From a virus: a stretch of DNA of 64,000 nt. The notes under the pieces were generated by a model, which was given only the letters and a program-made list of their open reading frames with translations, had not been told where the DNA came from and searched no databases. Shown here in pieces: positions 20,578-31,199 of the stretch; position 1 is the stretch's first letter, and the number at the start of each line of letters is the position of its first letter. The stretch covers positions 6,348 to 70,347 of IMG/VR virus record IMGVR_UViG_3300009159_000062; one strand, given 5' to 3'. The translations under genes were made by a program, and so were the position numbers.

Positions 20578-23500
20578 TAGTATTTATTCCCCCTAATTCT
20601 TTGTGAATCTACATTTTTAATTTGAGCCATAACTATTCTTGCAATATCATTTGGATTTGCAGAAGTGCCGCTAGCATCAACCTTTAAACTATAATTATAC
20701 ACTGAGGTAGAGTTATTATTGATAGAATTAGTGCTCATGGCCATAAGTTTTGATGATGACATTGGAGACATTGATCCAGGATATTTTGACTCGTTAATAG
20801 ATGTTAGCAATGGGCCAAATCTTTTTGCTGCATTTTTATTAACTACAAATTCTCCTGGGGTAAGCATGGTAGGCACTTTATCTAACATACCATTACCAGC
20901 AACTATACCGCCATACATCTTCCCTGGAATTTTAACTGTTGTACCGCTGAAAATTGTATTTCCACCATTGTATTTTGCCTGCTCTGTAAATTTTGGATTG
21001 GCTGCAAGAATTTTTGCAACAGTTGTATTATTTGCCTTGGCAATACCAGATAGCGTCTGACCGCTCTTGACTGTAACGCTTGTAGATGTTGTTTTGGTTG
21101 TGCCAGTACCAACAGTACCAGCAACTACGGCATCGCCCAGATCGGCTCCTGGCCCCCCGTCAGGACCTGCTCCTACACCACCTGCGCCACCGCCAGTGGT
21201 TAAAAATACGTTTCTAAGATTTTGCAATTCTGCAAATAGGTTTCTTGCTTCTGTTTGCAAATCAACCATTACGGTTTTAAGTGCAGATGAATCTCCAGTT
21301 GCTGCCTTAAGTATATTGTTTAAAAATGTAGCGTTATTAATATTAACTCCTGCTTCATTGGCAAGATCAAGAGCCTTTGCAGCATCTCTAATTTGATCAG
21401 CAGTCATTCCAAAATATTTAATGCTTTCTTTTTGTTTTGTAATAGTATCTTCAATAACAGTTTTTTGTTTATTTAGTGCATCAATTTGTAATTGAATTTG
21501 TTTAGCACCAAGAGACGCAATAGCATTTTCTTTACCAGTTGTAAGTCCTTGTTGTGCTGCTTCCATTGACGCTGATGCTTGCTGTGATCTGGCTTCTTGA
21601 ACTGCAGCGGCTGCTGCAGAAATATCACCACGACTTAGTGCATCTGCAATTGTTAATCTTTGTTTTTCTTGATTAGCAATATTTTCATTAAGTGTTTTTA
21701 TTGTATTTAATGCGCCAATTTGTTTATCAAATTTTTCATTAATTTGATCTTCTTGTAATTTAACATTATCAAGTTGATCTCCTAAAGCCTTGGCCTGAAG
21801 ATCAATACTTTTTAGTTGATCTTTATATTGCATATCAATAAGGTGTTCTTGTAAACTAATAAATGCCTCTGCTTTCTTAAACAGATATTGCTGATACTCT
21901 CCTGCACCGCCACCTACGGCAATTGTTTTTTCTAACTCTTTTTGCTTTTTCCCATAATCTTTAATTGCTGCAACAGCATTTTTCCAATTATTACCAAGAT
22001 ATTTTGTTTTCTCAAGAATTTTAACCAAATCAACATTTCCAGCCATCTCTTCTGCAAGTGCTGCATTTATACCTTGTTTACGTAATTCTTTAAATGCTGT
22101 AGTTTGTGCTTGTATTTCTTTAGTTTTATCCTTTAGCAATTGCAAAGCATTTTTATCTCCAGCATTGGGAATTGTTGTTTCGCCTAATGCTTTTTGCATT
22201 TCTTTTACAGAACTTAATATAGCATCTTGAGTCAATTTAGTATCTTTTGTAATTCTTCCCCTTACTCTTGAAGCAGCACGTTGTGCTCCGCCATCTGCAA
22301 ACTCTTCTGCTGCTTTAAGGGCTGCAATCATTGCTGGCGTAATTGTTGTAACTCCAATTGCTGCTGCCTTAAGCACCAACATTTTATCTCCTACGTTTCC
22401 AAGACCAAGCGCAGCCTTAGCAGTTTCTGATCCCATTTGCTTTAATGCTGCATCAACAAGCATTAGTTGGTTTTGTGTATTTGGCATTTTTTTCATTGTT
22501 GTTGAAAGATTTTCAAACATAGCGTCAAATTGTTTACCGCTAATAGTTCCATTTGCAAACATTCCAGATAAACCATTTACGTATGACGTAATGATTGAAC
22601 CCTGACTTTTAAAATCTGCCCTTGCTTTCTTTCCAGCCTTTCCAGTTCCCCAAAGTGCTTCTGTCCACATTTTTCCATCTTTAAATTTTCCAAGACCAAT
22701 AGAAATATCTGATGCCAATTTTGTAATATTTACAGAAACATCTTTAAAGTCCAACTTAATACTATTTTTTCCAGCCTCTTCCTGAATTGCCTGAATCATT
22801 AATTTGACCTGTTCTTTAGAAAATCCTTGCCCAATTAACTCAACACCTTTTGCATTTAATGCAGTTGCTGCTTGTGTATTATTTAACTTTTTAACAGCAT
22901 TAATTGTTGGAATCAAAGTTTTAAATGTATCTGATTGTTTAAATTTATCAAGTTCTGTTTGTGCTTGTTGAGATCTTGGGGTAACTAATTTATTTCTTTC
23001 AAGTGGTGTTTGAGCAGCAGTTATACCAAAATAATCGCCAAGTGATTTTAGTTGATCTTTGGTTGTTACTACTGCATCAGACAAAGCCTCATATTTTTGC
23101 CTTTGCTCTTCCTGCAGGCTATTTATTTTTTTATTTCCAAGATATAATAATGTTGCTGCGGTTGCTGCAAGACCAATTGGACCAATAAACTTTGTCAATC
23201 CTACAGTGACCCTTGACAGAGATCCTACAATGCCTGATTTAGATGCAAGGCCACCTCTGCCAACTGCGGTTTCAATTGCTGATGCTGCAATTCCTTTGCG
23301 CTTTGTTAAAAGTTCCATTGCTGATGCCTGTGTAAGTAGTTGTGTAACACTCATCAATCCAAAAAGCAAACCAGAGTATTTCATAACCTGTTGTGATAAA
23401 TCTCCAATTTTTCCACCAGCCATTGATCCCATAGCAGCCATTGATGTAAGTGCAAAAGTTCCAGACATTAGTGCACTGTTCATACCTTTTAAATTTCTAC

Positions 23501-26500
23501 TGCTTTGTTTTACTTGCTTGTCTTGTTCTCCGTTTGCCCCACCTAACCCATATGCTCCAAGCATGCCACCAGTAACCGACATGTTGGCTGATAAGTCTTT
23601 TAGCCTTCTGTCATTGTTTCTTCTAATAGATTTATCTATTGCTGATACTGGACCAGTTGTCCCGTAAGTGAGAAGTCTACTAGATTTTGCTTTTTGATAT
23701 GCCTGTGCGTCATCTCTACCATCTTGTGAAGCAAGTGGGTGTGGGCTTTTTCGTTCTCGTGATTCTACATAAATATCCTGAAGTCCGCCCTGCTCTAAGC
23801 CTGAAGAATATGCTGTAGCGTATTTTCTTCCAGCAACTATTGCTCCTTTTCTTTGTATTTCTTCTCTTGCTGCTATCTGCTTGTCCATAGGAAGTTTTAA
23901 TGCAGCGCCTTGCAGTGGTGCCTGTCCAGAAATAATTCCAAGATTTTCTGGAACAATATGTGCTTTAGTTACAACCCCTGAAGCCTGAATTGGCTGTGTT
24001 CTTGTTACAGATTTTAGCCTTCTGTCAAATGATCCAGCCTTGCCACCCTTGTTACTATATATAGTGCTCTTTACAACACGACCAGTTGCGGGATCAACTG
24101 TTACGCCAGGAACTCTTGCATATCCACCAGATGTTATGTCTTCTTGTGTTGGATATGCAAATTTTCTTAATCCTTCTCCAGCACTGCCTATTCTTCCCCC
24201 TTGCGATTTCATGGAGGTTAATATTTTTCTAATATCCATTTCAGCAGCAGCGAACAATTCGCTAATGTGTTTTGCTGGAGTTCCTGCTTCTGTTAAACGC
24301 TTGCTCGTATCTCTAAGTGTATTTGTTATTTGTTCTGCATATGGCATAACTTCCTGAGCCATATCATTAATTGCAGATTGTGTTAACTTTATGTCACCTT
24401 CTACTGACCCTGCAGCAATAGCAGTGTTTCTCAGTGATTCAATAAAGCCCATTTGATTTATAAAATCTGGAGACATTCCGAAACCGCCAGCATTATTTCC
24501 AGGAGCAAACATTGTATATGGGGCAAGCATTCTTTGAGTTCCACCCTGCATTGATGGGAATTTACCATCTGCAAATCCAGGAATATTATCTGCAATCATT
24601 CCCTTAATTAAAGGGCCATACTTTTTAACCATTGGGGCTGGAACAACTGCTTCCCCAGGGGTTAACAATGATGGAACATTGTCTTTGTTTCCAGATCCTG
24701 GGACAATAGAAATACCTTTTGCATATTTCTTTGGAGTTGACATTAATCCTGGATTGTTAACTGCAAATTTTAATGCTGCTCCAGTTGCCTGTATATATGC
24801 ATTTTTTAATTGATCAATAGCAACTCTTTCTACGTTAAATGTTTGTGTAAGCCTTGCATGGGTTTGATCTAAAGAACTTGCAACGGCTGCTGCGTCAATC
24901 TGTTCACTTGTTAAGTATTGAGTTTGTTCTCCTAAAACAGTTGACTGTCCACCAAGTTTTAAATAACCACCACGGAGCATTCCAAATAGTTTTAGGATAT
25001 TTGCCAAACCATTTGCCAGCAAACCAAATGTCATCAAAAGAATTGGGCCAAGACCGCCAATGACTGTTATTAATATAGTAATAGCCCTTTTAGATCCAGA
25101 AGACATATCTTTAAATTTAGAAAGAATGTTATTAACACTTTCTAGGATTGGGGTAATTGCTTCTAAAAATGCCTGACCAACTGGGATCAATGAGACCTTT
25201 AAGTCTTCAACTGTTTTCTTAAATTTATTCATAGCAGAATCAGCGGTAATTCCTAATTCCTTGTCTGCGGTTGTTGCAAGATCGGACATAGACATTTGTG
25301 TTAAATCTAATACACGAGATGCCTGAGTTCCATCATTAACAATGTTAGCAAATAATGTTGATATACGAGAAAATTGGAACTTTCCAAATAGTTGTTCTAT
25401 TGCTCTTGCACGATCTAGTGGTCTTAGAGTATTTAGTGCATCTGCAATTCCTAGAACGGTTGCTCTTAAATCCCCCTTGTTTTTTTCAACAATTCCACGA
25501 ATATTAATTCCGACAGTTGCAAGCATATCTGATGCTTTTTTACTTGGATTAATGATAGATGCTAGACCAGACTTTAATGCATTTGCGCCTTCTGCTGCAT
25601 TGATACCGCCTTCTTTCATTGCAGTCATAAAGAATGCTAAGTCTTTAACATCTCCGCCAAGAGATTTTACAATAGGGGCTGCAATTGGAATTGCTGTTGT
25701 TACATCATCAAGAGATAAAACTGTTTGGTTTTCAACAGAGTTAAGGAAATTAATTGAGTCTGCAAGGTCTTGACTAGAAATTTGAAATGCATTTTGTAAA
25801 GCAATTGTAGTTTCTAGTGCTTTTTGTTGATCAATTTGTCCAAGTACAGAAAGTCTTGTTGCCTGCTCTGTTTGTGCTTGTAAATCAAGTCCTTTAAAAC
25901 CTGCTGCTGCAGCATCTGCTGCAAGACTAACTGTTTGAGAAGCAGCAATTCCATACTTTGTGTATGAATTTGCTAAAGCATTTACGCCATCTAATGCTGC
26001 TTGAGTTTCTTCTTTTGGAGTTAATAAATCTCCATAAACCTTTCTAAATTTAAGCGCTGCAGTTTCCATATCCATAAATGCTTTTGATGCAGTAGATCCA
26101 AGCATTGCTAGTGGTAATGTAAAGCCGACCATTAACTGGCGACCAGCCCACTGAGTGTTCTTACCAAAATTTAATAGGTTGGTTGAGCCTTGCTTTAATA
26201 ATTGATTAAATAGTTGTTGCTTTTGTGCAGCAATTTGCATTTTTGTTGCATAATCAGACATATTAAGTTGTTTTGGAGTGATCGCCATTGCTTGCATAGC
26301 GCCTTTGGCATCTCTACCCATTTTAATATATTGGGTTTGCATTTTCTTAACACGATCTTCTGCAACCTGTGAGATCGTGTCAAACTCTGTTCTAAATAAT
26401 TTACCAAACGTCCTTGTTGATCCTGCTGCATATCTAAAATATTGCCTTATGCTAAATTTATTTTTTTCTAAAGAATTCGTAAACGCTTCTGTAGATGTTT

Positions 26501-26711
26501 TAATTGTTCGCATCTCAGCAGAAAATCTGCCCGTTGCATTAATAGCATTGAGCAGATCTGTCTGTAATGTGCGTTGTGCCAGTGCTGCCTGAGCACTAGA
26601 CTTTGCTATATTAGTATGGAATAAAGATATCTGTCGTTGTAGAGACTTTAATTCCGAGAGTGCCTGAGAGGAGTCAATACTGACTTTAATGTTAGCATTA
26701 ACATCACTCAT
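20577..26711 (-). CDS. tape measure protein with C-terminal LysM
   Basis: 2044 aa, Ala/Gln-rich helical, follows tail chaperones, LTPGE motifs, VKSGQTLSGIAK LysM. Confidence 0.92.
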   Translation of the reverse strand: MSDVNANIKVSIDSSQALSELKSLQRQISLFHTNIAKSSAQAALAQRTLQTDLLNAINATGRFSAEMRTIKTSTEAFTNSLEKNKFSIRQYFRYAAGSTRTFGKLFRTEFDTISQVAEDRVKKMQTQYIKMGRDAKGAMQAMAITPKQLNMSDYATKMQIAAQKQQLFNQLLKQGSTNLLNFGKNTQWAGRQLMVGFTLPLAMLGSTASKAFMDMETAALKFRKVYGDLLTPKEETQAALDGVNALANSYTKYGIAASQTVSLAADAAAAGFKGLDLQAQTEQATRLSVLGQIDQQKALETTIALQNAFQISSQDLADSINFLNSVENQTVLSLDDVTTAIPIAAPIVKSLGGDVKDLAFFMTAMKEGGINAAEGANALKSGLASIINPSKKASDMLATVGINIRGIVEKNKGDLRATVLGIADALNTLRPLDRARAIEQLFGKFQFSRISTLFANIVNDGTQASRVLDLTQMSMSDLATTADKELGITADSAMNKFKKTVEDLKVSLIPVGQAFLEAITPILESVNNILSKFKDMSSGSKRAITILITVIGGLGPILLMTFGLLANGLANILKLFGMLRGGYLKLGGQSTVLGEQTQYLTSEQIDAAAVASSLDQTHARLTQTFNVERVAIDQLKNAYIQATGAALKFAVNNPGLMSTPKKYAKGISIVPGSGNKDNVPSLLTPGEAVVPAPMVKKYGPLIKGMIADNIPGFADGKFPSMQGGTQRMLAPYTMFAPGNNAGGFGMSPDFINQMGFIESLRNTAIAAGSVEGDIKLTQSAINDMAQEVMPYAEQITNTLRDTSKRLTEAGTPAKHISELFAAAEMDIRKILTSMKSQGGRIGSAGEGLRKFAYPTQEDITSGGYARVPGVTVDPATGRVVKSTIYSNKGGKAGSFDRRLKSVTRTQPIQASGVVTKAHIVPENLGIISGQAPLQGAALKLPMDKQIAAREEIQRKGAIVAGRKYATAYSSGLEQGGLQDIYVESRERKSPHPLASQDGRDDAQAYQKAKSSRLLTYGTTGPVSAIDKSIRRNNDRRLKDLSANMSVTGGMLGAYGLGGANGEQDKQVKQSSRNLKGMNSALMSGTFALTSMAAMGSMAGGKIGDLSQQVMKYSGLLFGLMSVTQLLTQASAMELLTKRKGIAASAIETAVGRGGLASKSGIVGSLSRVTVGLTKFIGPIGLAATAATLLYLGNKKINSLQEEQRQKYEALSDAVVTTKDQLKSLGDYFGITAAQTPLERNKLVTPRSQQAQTELDKFKQSDTFKTLIPTINAVKKLNNTQAATALNAKGVELIGQGFSKEQVKLMIQAIQEEAGKNSIKLDFKDVSVNITKLASDISIGLGKFKDGKMWTEALWGTGKAGKKARADFKSQGSIITSYVNGLSGMFANGTISGKQFDAMFENLSTTMKKMPNTQNQLMLVDAALKQMGSETAKAALGLGNVGDKMLVLKAAAIGVTTITPAMIAALKAAEEFADGGAQRAASRVRGRITKDTKLTQDAILSSVKEMQKALGETTIPNAGDKNALQLLKDKTKEIQAQTTAFKELRKQGINAALAEEMAGNVDLVKILEKTKYLGNNWKNAVAAIKDYGKKQKELEKTIAVGGGAGEYQQYLFKKAEAFISLQEHLIDMQYKDQLKSIDLQAKALGDQLDNVKLQEDQINEKFDKQIGALNTIKTLNENIANQEKQRLTIADALSRGDISAAAAAVQEARSQQASASMEAAQQGLTTGKENAIASLGAKQIQLQIDALNKQKTVIEDTITKQKESIKYFGMTADQIRDAAKALDLANEAGVNINNATFLNNILKAATGDSSALKTVMVDLQTEARNLFAELQNLRNVFLTTGGGAGGVGAGPDGGPGADLGDAVVAGTVGTGTTKTTSTSVTVKSGQTLSGIAKANNTTVAKILAANPKFTEQAKYNGGNTIFSGTTVKIPGKMYGGIVAGNGMLDKVPTMLTPGEFVVNKNAAKRFGPLLTSINESKYPGSMSPMSSSKLMAMSTNSINNNSTSVYNYSLKVDASGTSANPNDIARIVMAQIKNVDSQRIRGNKY

Positions 26712-26731
26712 TCATTTCTACCCCCTATTTA

Positions 26732-27052
26732 TTAATTACCAAGCGCAGTATTAAGAAGATTACTTTCTCCTAGATTCGTGCCACTTGCTGCTTCAATAAT
26801 TTTATATAGAGTTGGAAGATCTAAATTTTCTTCTAACGCCTCTCTGTCTTTAGCCAGTTCTGGCTTATACTGTTCCATTGCAATTTGTACACAATCTAGT
26901 AGGATATCCATAGATTTATCATTATCTTCTGATACCTTTGCAATACCCTCAAATGTAACTAAAAATTTTCTCAATAAAGAAATTTTAAGTGGACGTACCT
27001 CAATTTGAGTTCCATCAATTAATGTGATTTTATCTTTAGTGCCTGTTGCCAC
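26732..27052 (-). CDS. tail assembly chaperone (short, G-like)
   Basis: Immediately before tape measure, GTG start with AGGAGG SD. Confidence 0.7.
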   Translation of the reverse strand: MATGTKDKITLIDGTQIEVRPLKISLLRKFLVTFEGIAKVSEDNDKSMDILLDCVQIAMEQYKPELAKDREALEENLDLPTLYKIIEAASGTNLGESNLLNTALGN

Positions 27053-27107
27053 TATTCCTCCTTAAGGATTTGTTTATAACAATTATAGCATGAATCGTCT
27101 TATTTTT

Positions 27108-27788
27108 TTACGTTAAATTTTCGTAATCTAGACCCATTCCTATTCCAAACCCTGCACGTGCTGCTTTTGAGCCTTTAAAAGATAAAATATCTTTGTCGTC
27201 TCTACCCTCATTGAATACTTTATTTTTTAGTTTGACCCATGCATCTTCTTCTTTTGGCTTGTCCTTTTCAAGATCTACCCCTTGAATTGCAGCCAAGAAT
27301 TTTTTTTCTTCATAATCCATTTCTCTTTTTGATTCTAAGATGGCCATTAACTCTGGCATAGATATAGAAGATTCAAGTTCTCTGTAGTCTTTCCAGATTC
27401 CAAGCAGAAATGCCTCTGATTCTAATTTAACCAAATCTAAAGTTTCCCAGGTTTGTCCGCTATCCACTGCTTGATCTTTTACTGACTCTTCAGATTTTTT
27501 ATTAATTTTAATTCCTGCACCAAAGTCAACAATATCATAAATAGTTGGTAGGTCAAAATTATCTTCTATGTCATCTGTGGATCTAGAAAAAGTTGGATGA
27601 AATTGTTTCATTGATATCTGAGCACACTTTACCAAAATTGCAATGGATTCGTCATCGCTATTAGATTTTTTAATAGGTTCAAAAGTTGTCATAAATTCTC
27701 TTAAATATTTTATTTTTAACGGAGATATTTCAATTTCTACTCCATCAAGAGTATTGATATTTTTACTTTCATATACTGTAGTTGGCAT
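27108..27788 (-). CDS. tail assembly chaperone (long, GT-like)
   Basis: N-terminal half homologous to 26732..27052. C-terminal half LLGIWKDYRELESSISMPEL is T-like. Confidence 0.7.
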   Translation of the reverse strand: MPTTVYESKNINTLDGVEIEISPLKIKYLREFMTTFEPIKKSNSDDESIAILVKCAQISMKQFHPTFSRSTDDIEDNFDLPTIYDIVDFGAGIKINKKSEESVKDQAVDSGQTWETLDLVKLESEAFLLGIWKDYRELESSISMPELMAILESKREMDYEEKKFLAAIQGVDLEKDKPKEEDAWVKLKNKVFNEGRDDKDILSFKGSKAARAGFGIGMGLDYENLT

Positions 27789-27802
27789 TCTTATATTATA
27801 TC

Positions 27803-27836
27803 AAAAAAGACCCACCAGTGTAACCAGTGGGCCTTT
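27803..27836 (-). terminator. intrinsic terminator after major tail gene
   Basis: GGCCCACTGG-TTACA-CTGGTGGGTC followed by TTTTTT. Confidence 0.75.
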
Positions 27837-27856
27837 CCTGTTTTGCTTTGTTAAGA

Positions 27857-28501
27857 TTATGAACTTTGTACTGTGCGATCGATAATCTTTCCGTATGAAC
27901 CAGAGTTATCTTCTGGTAGAAGACGGAATGTAACGTCAAACATTGTTGCTGTGTCACGCTTTGCAGATACTGTAACATTTTCAATAGAAAGTGCACGGTA
28001 TGCAATATAAACACGCTCAACAGATGATGAGTCCTCACAGTCGCCTGTTCCTGGACCAACTGCAATTAAAGCACGCTCTACTGGACATTCACCAATATCG
28101 CCTGACGCAAGGTTAAGTGAGCGTCCTGCTGATGTTGACTTTGTTCCTGAAAGATCATCGCTTTGTCCTGCAATTGAAAATAGTAGATTTTCTAAAGTTG
28201 CTTCTGCAAAAGAGGTAGCAAGAGTTACCTGCATTCCTTGTTTGTAGAGTTTAGCAACGTCAAGAATTTGATCTACTTGTACTTCGCCGAAATCAGGTTG
28301 GAATGTGATTTCGATACCATTACTTGTATAGCCGACGTTTTCGATTCCAGCAGCAATATTTGCTGTGTTAGACAAAGTCTCTTTGTAAGACTGTGTCGAG
28401 ACAAACGCAGGAATAGTACCTGGTGTCAATGTACTATCTGCTGTAAATAATGCAGCAGCGCCAACGATAATATCGCTAGATGTACCTCTTGTATATGCCA
28501 T
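27857..28501 (-). CDS. major tail protein
   Basis: NVGYTSNG.EI.F.P...VDQ...AEATLENL; precedes terminator and chaperones. Confidence 0.8.
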   Translation of the reverse strand: MAYTRGTSSDIIVGAAALFTADSTLTPGTIPAFVSTQSYKETLSNTANIAAGIENVGYTSNGIEITFQPDFGEVQVDQILDVAKLYKQGMQVTLATSFAEATLENLLFSIAGQSDDLSGTKSTSAGRSLNLASGDIGECPVERALIAVGPGTGDCEDSSSVERVYIAYRALSIENVTVSAKRDTATMFDVTFRLLPEDNSGSYGKIIDRTVQSS

Positions 28502-28586
28502 TTATTTCACCTCTTTTTTTGGTTAATATATGGACGATTTGTTTCCTCGCCATAATTATACAACCTTTTTGTTATAGTTATTTTGT

Positions 28587-29159
28587 CTATCCTTCAAGAA
28601 ATTCTGGATTATCCTTAAGGTGGTAGTCATATTCAACTATATATTTATGAATGCTACCCCTTCTATAGTCGTCTAGGTCTACTAAGTCTTGCGATTCATC
28701 TGCCTGGAACACCCTCATGCTTCTAAAAAATACCTTCATTGGCAAACCTTTATTTTGCAGGGCTGTCTTATTTTCATGCATCCATTGATTAAGGTCTTGG
28801 CCAGAATAGTCTTCTCTATCTAAGACCTGAAAAATAACACTTCCCATGTTTGTAACATTAGATATATCTCCATAGATTGTATACAAAACCTGCTCTCTTT
28901 TTCCGACAGGGAAAGAATTATTTCTTAGTCTTATCATTCTGTCATAAAAGACAATTGCTGGTAGGTTTTGAGATTCTGATAACTGCAACTGCTCATAAAT
29001 ATCGGAAACGTTTACTGCTTGACCAGCAGGAAAAAATGGTATAAAACTAGGGAGATCAGACTTAGCCATATTTATATCTTCATATTTACTAAACTGCTCA
29101 TATAGATACTCATTGATGTACGATGCTGGAAAGTCAAAGGTGTCTCTTGCTAATACCAT
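28587..29159 (-). CDS. tail terminator-like protein
   Basis: Position and size in neck module. Confidence 0.5.
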   Translation of the reverse strand: MVLARDTFDFPASYINEYLYEQFSKYEDINMAKSDLPSFIPFFPAGQAVNVSDIYEQLQLSESQNLPAIVFYDRMIRLRNNSFPVGKREQVLYTIYGDISNVTNMGSVIFQVLDREDYSGQDLNQWMHENKTALQNKGLPMKVFFRSMRVFQADESQDLVDLDDYRRGSIHKYIVEYDYHLKDNPEFLEG

Positions 29160-29163
29160 GTTA

Positions 29164-29841
29164 CTATTCTACCTCAACTTTTGCATTAGTGATCCATCTA
29201 AATCCCGTCGATTGTCCGACTGACTTTCCTGCCTTTACGCCTGCTCTAAAATTTTTCTTATATATCTGAGGGTTGCTTAAATAATCATATAGACCAGTTA
29301 CTGTTAAAAATGATTGAGCAAAATATCTTGTTATAAAGGTGTCAAATGTTTGTTCGTAAGAACCTTTGACTTCTCTTCCTCCAGGAAATTGATTAACAAT
29401 AGGGTTTTTAGTATAAACTAAAGTTCCATTATTTTCAAATACTAAAGGCTTATTTCCTTTGGGTCTAATTACAACTGGAACTCCATCTTCCATTATTTTT
29501 GCCTTATTGTAAAATGGTTCATAAGATCCAGACTGCACTGATGTTGATTGTCTAAAGTTAGAATCAATAGATAGCCCTAAATTAGTTATCCTATACTGAA
29601 CATCAAATAATCGTGCATCTCTGCTTCCAGGTTTAGACCATTCATATACGTGATGCAAAGATTGTGGATTGCTTCTTGCCATTGCATCAATGTATAACTT
29701 TAAAGCCTCTACTGTTCCTTTGCCAAGATTATCTAAAAATATCTTTTTACCAGACTCAGCGCCTTCTAAAAATCCTAAAGAGTATTCAACTAGATTGTCT
29801 ATTTGTCTTTCAAATTCTAAGGTATTTAATCTAACACGCAT
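29164..29841 (-). CDS. neck/tail completion protein
   Basis: Neck module position. Start trimmed to MRVRL (TAATG overlap). Confidence 0.5.
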   Translation of the reverse strand: MRVRLNTLEFERQIDNLVEYSLGFLEGAESGKKIFLDNLGKGTVEALKLYIDAMARSNPQSLHHVYEWSKPGSRDARLFDVQYRITNLGLSIDSNFRQSTSVQSGSYEPFYNKAKIMEDGVPVVIRPKGNKPLVFENNGTLVYTKNPIVNQFPGGREVKGSYEQTFDTFITRYFAQSFLTVTGLYDYLSNPQIYKKNFRAGVKAGKSVGQSTGFRWITNAKVEVE

Positions 29842-30287
29842 TAGTCTACCGATGCTTGGCTTTCCGTACGTCGCCAAACCATCTGATAAGATTCAATATT
29901 TCCAAATGGTCCAACGAATGGCTGTATTGTTGCAATTTCATATATTGTTCCTTTGCCTGCACGAATACCAGATGTTTCCTTATATATTAAATTATTATGT
30001 CTATCTCTTACATTAGTAATAACAATATCTGTAATTCCATACGACTTGTCTAGGGATGAAACTCTTAAATCTGTTAGCGATCTGGAATTGAGTTTATTGT
30101 TAAGTTGTGAAATCATTTTCGGGTCTAGTTCTTCAATATTTTTTCTAGCAGCGGGGGCAGCATTACATGCAATAGTTCTATCAAGAACCCATTCTTTTTT
30201 TATTTCTCCAAAGCCACCTTGACTAGATATTGCATAATAAATATCCGCACACATTGGATGAACAAAGTCGTTTGGTTCGCATATCAT
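29841..30287 (-). CDS. head closure (stopper)-like protein
   Basis: Position, ADIYY...GFGEIKKEW. Confidence 0.5.
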   Translation of the reverse strand: MICEPNDFVHPMCADIYYAISSQGGFGEIKKEWVLDRTIACNAAPAARKNIEELDPKMISQLNNKLNSRSLTDLRVSSLDKSYGITDIVITNVRDRHNNLIYKETSGIRAGKGTIYEIATIQPFVGPFGNIESYQMVWRRTESQASVD

Positions 30288-31198
30288 TAAATCATCCCTG
30301 GCCTAACAACGTTCTTTAAATATTTATCTAAAATTTTATCAACTATCAGATTTCCAGTTCCTGACAATACGCTCTTATCAAATTGAATTTTATATTGATC
30401 GGTATTGTATGATGTTACGTATCTCTTGTAATAATCTAATTTACCGCATTTTAAATCCTCAATTAATAACTTTGTTGCATATTCAACATCAGAAGGAACT
30501 GTTTTATATCCAGAATCTAATACAAATATATAATCATAGCCTCTTGGGAAATCAACAATTCTTCCGTTGCCAACAGAGCCTAAATCGCCATAGGCTGGTG
30601 GCAAAACTATTGCTCCTTGCTCTATACGATTATATTCTGAATCAAAAACACGTTGAACTCCAGAGTTATCTGCTGTAATATTAAATGAATAGATGTTGTC
30701 TTCTGGTGTTTCAAAATCAAAGATTAAAACATTGTTTTCATAAACTTTTAGTATTTTGTTAAAGTTGTTCCAGATGTTAAAGTAATCTGACCCCTGGCCT
30801 ACACCTTGTACTACCTGCTTTGAATTATAAAAGCCATCGGTAACAATGGTGTCAATAATTGATCTAGCGACCATTTCTAACTGTGTATATTCCGCAATTT
30901 CTGAAGCAGTAGATCCTAAAGAATTTGGGTCTACGTATGGCCTTGTAATCTCAACAACGTCTTCTATTACAATGTCTTCATCTTCATCTAAAATTTGAAA
31001 TAAAAACTTTCTATCTAGCAATAAATCTGTTTTATCAAAAGTATAAGAAACAACCTTGGAGTTGGCTGTAGTTGTTACGTTTGAAGTTTCCATTACGTGA
31101 TCTACTAAATCTTCAACATAAATTGTATAGTCAGAGTTTAACTCTGGCATTTCCCAGGTAGTTAATTTTGGATATGGGGGTACTCTTAAAATGTCCAT
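30287..31198 (-). CDS. head-tail adaptor-like protein
   Basis: GY..VP.DV..A..LI ... TGNLIVDKILDKY. Confidence 0.6.
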   Translation of the reverse strand: MDILRVPPYPKLTTWEMPELNSDYTIYVEDLVDHVMETSNVTTTANSKVVSYTFDKTDLLLDRKFLFQILDEDEDIVIEDVVEITRPYVDPNSLGSTASEIAEYTQLEMVARSIIDTIVTDGFYNSKQVVQGVGQGSDYFNIWNNFNKILKVYENNVLIFDFETPEDNIYSFNITADNSGVQRVFDSEYNRIEQGAIVLPPAYGDLGSVGNGRIVDFPRGYDYIFVLDSGYKTVPSDVEYATKLLIEDLKCGKLDYYKRYVTSYNTDQYKIQFDKSVLSGTGNLIVDKILDKYLKNVVRPGMI

Positions 31199-31199
31199 T

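Noticed and set aside
27796-28065. Frameshifted extension of the major tail protein or an extra chaperone ORF
   Set aside because: Alternative frame overlapping the tail gene and running through its terminator; no SD and no slippery site recognised
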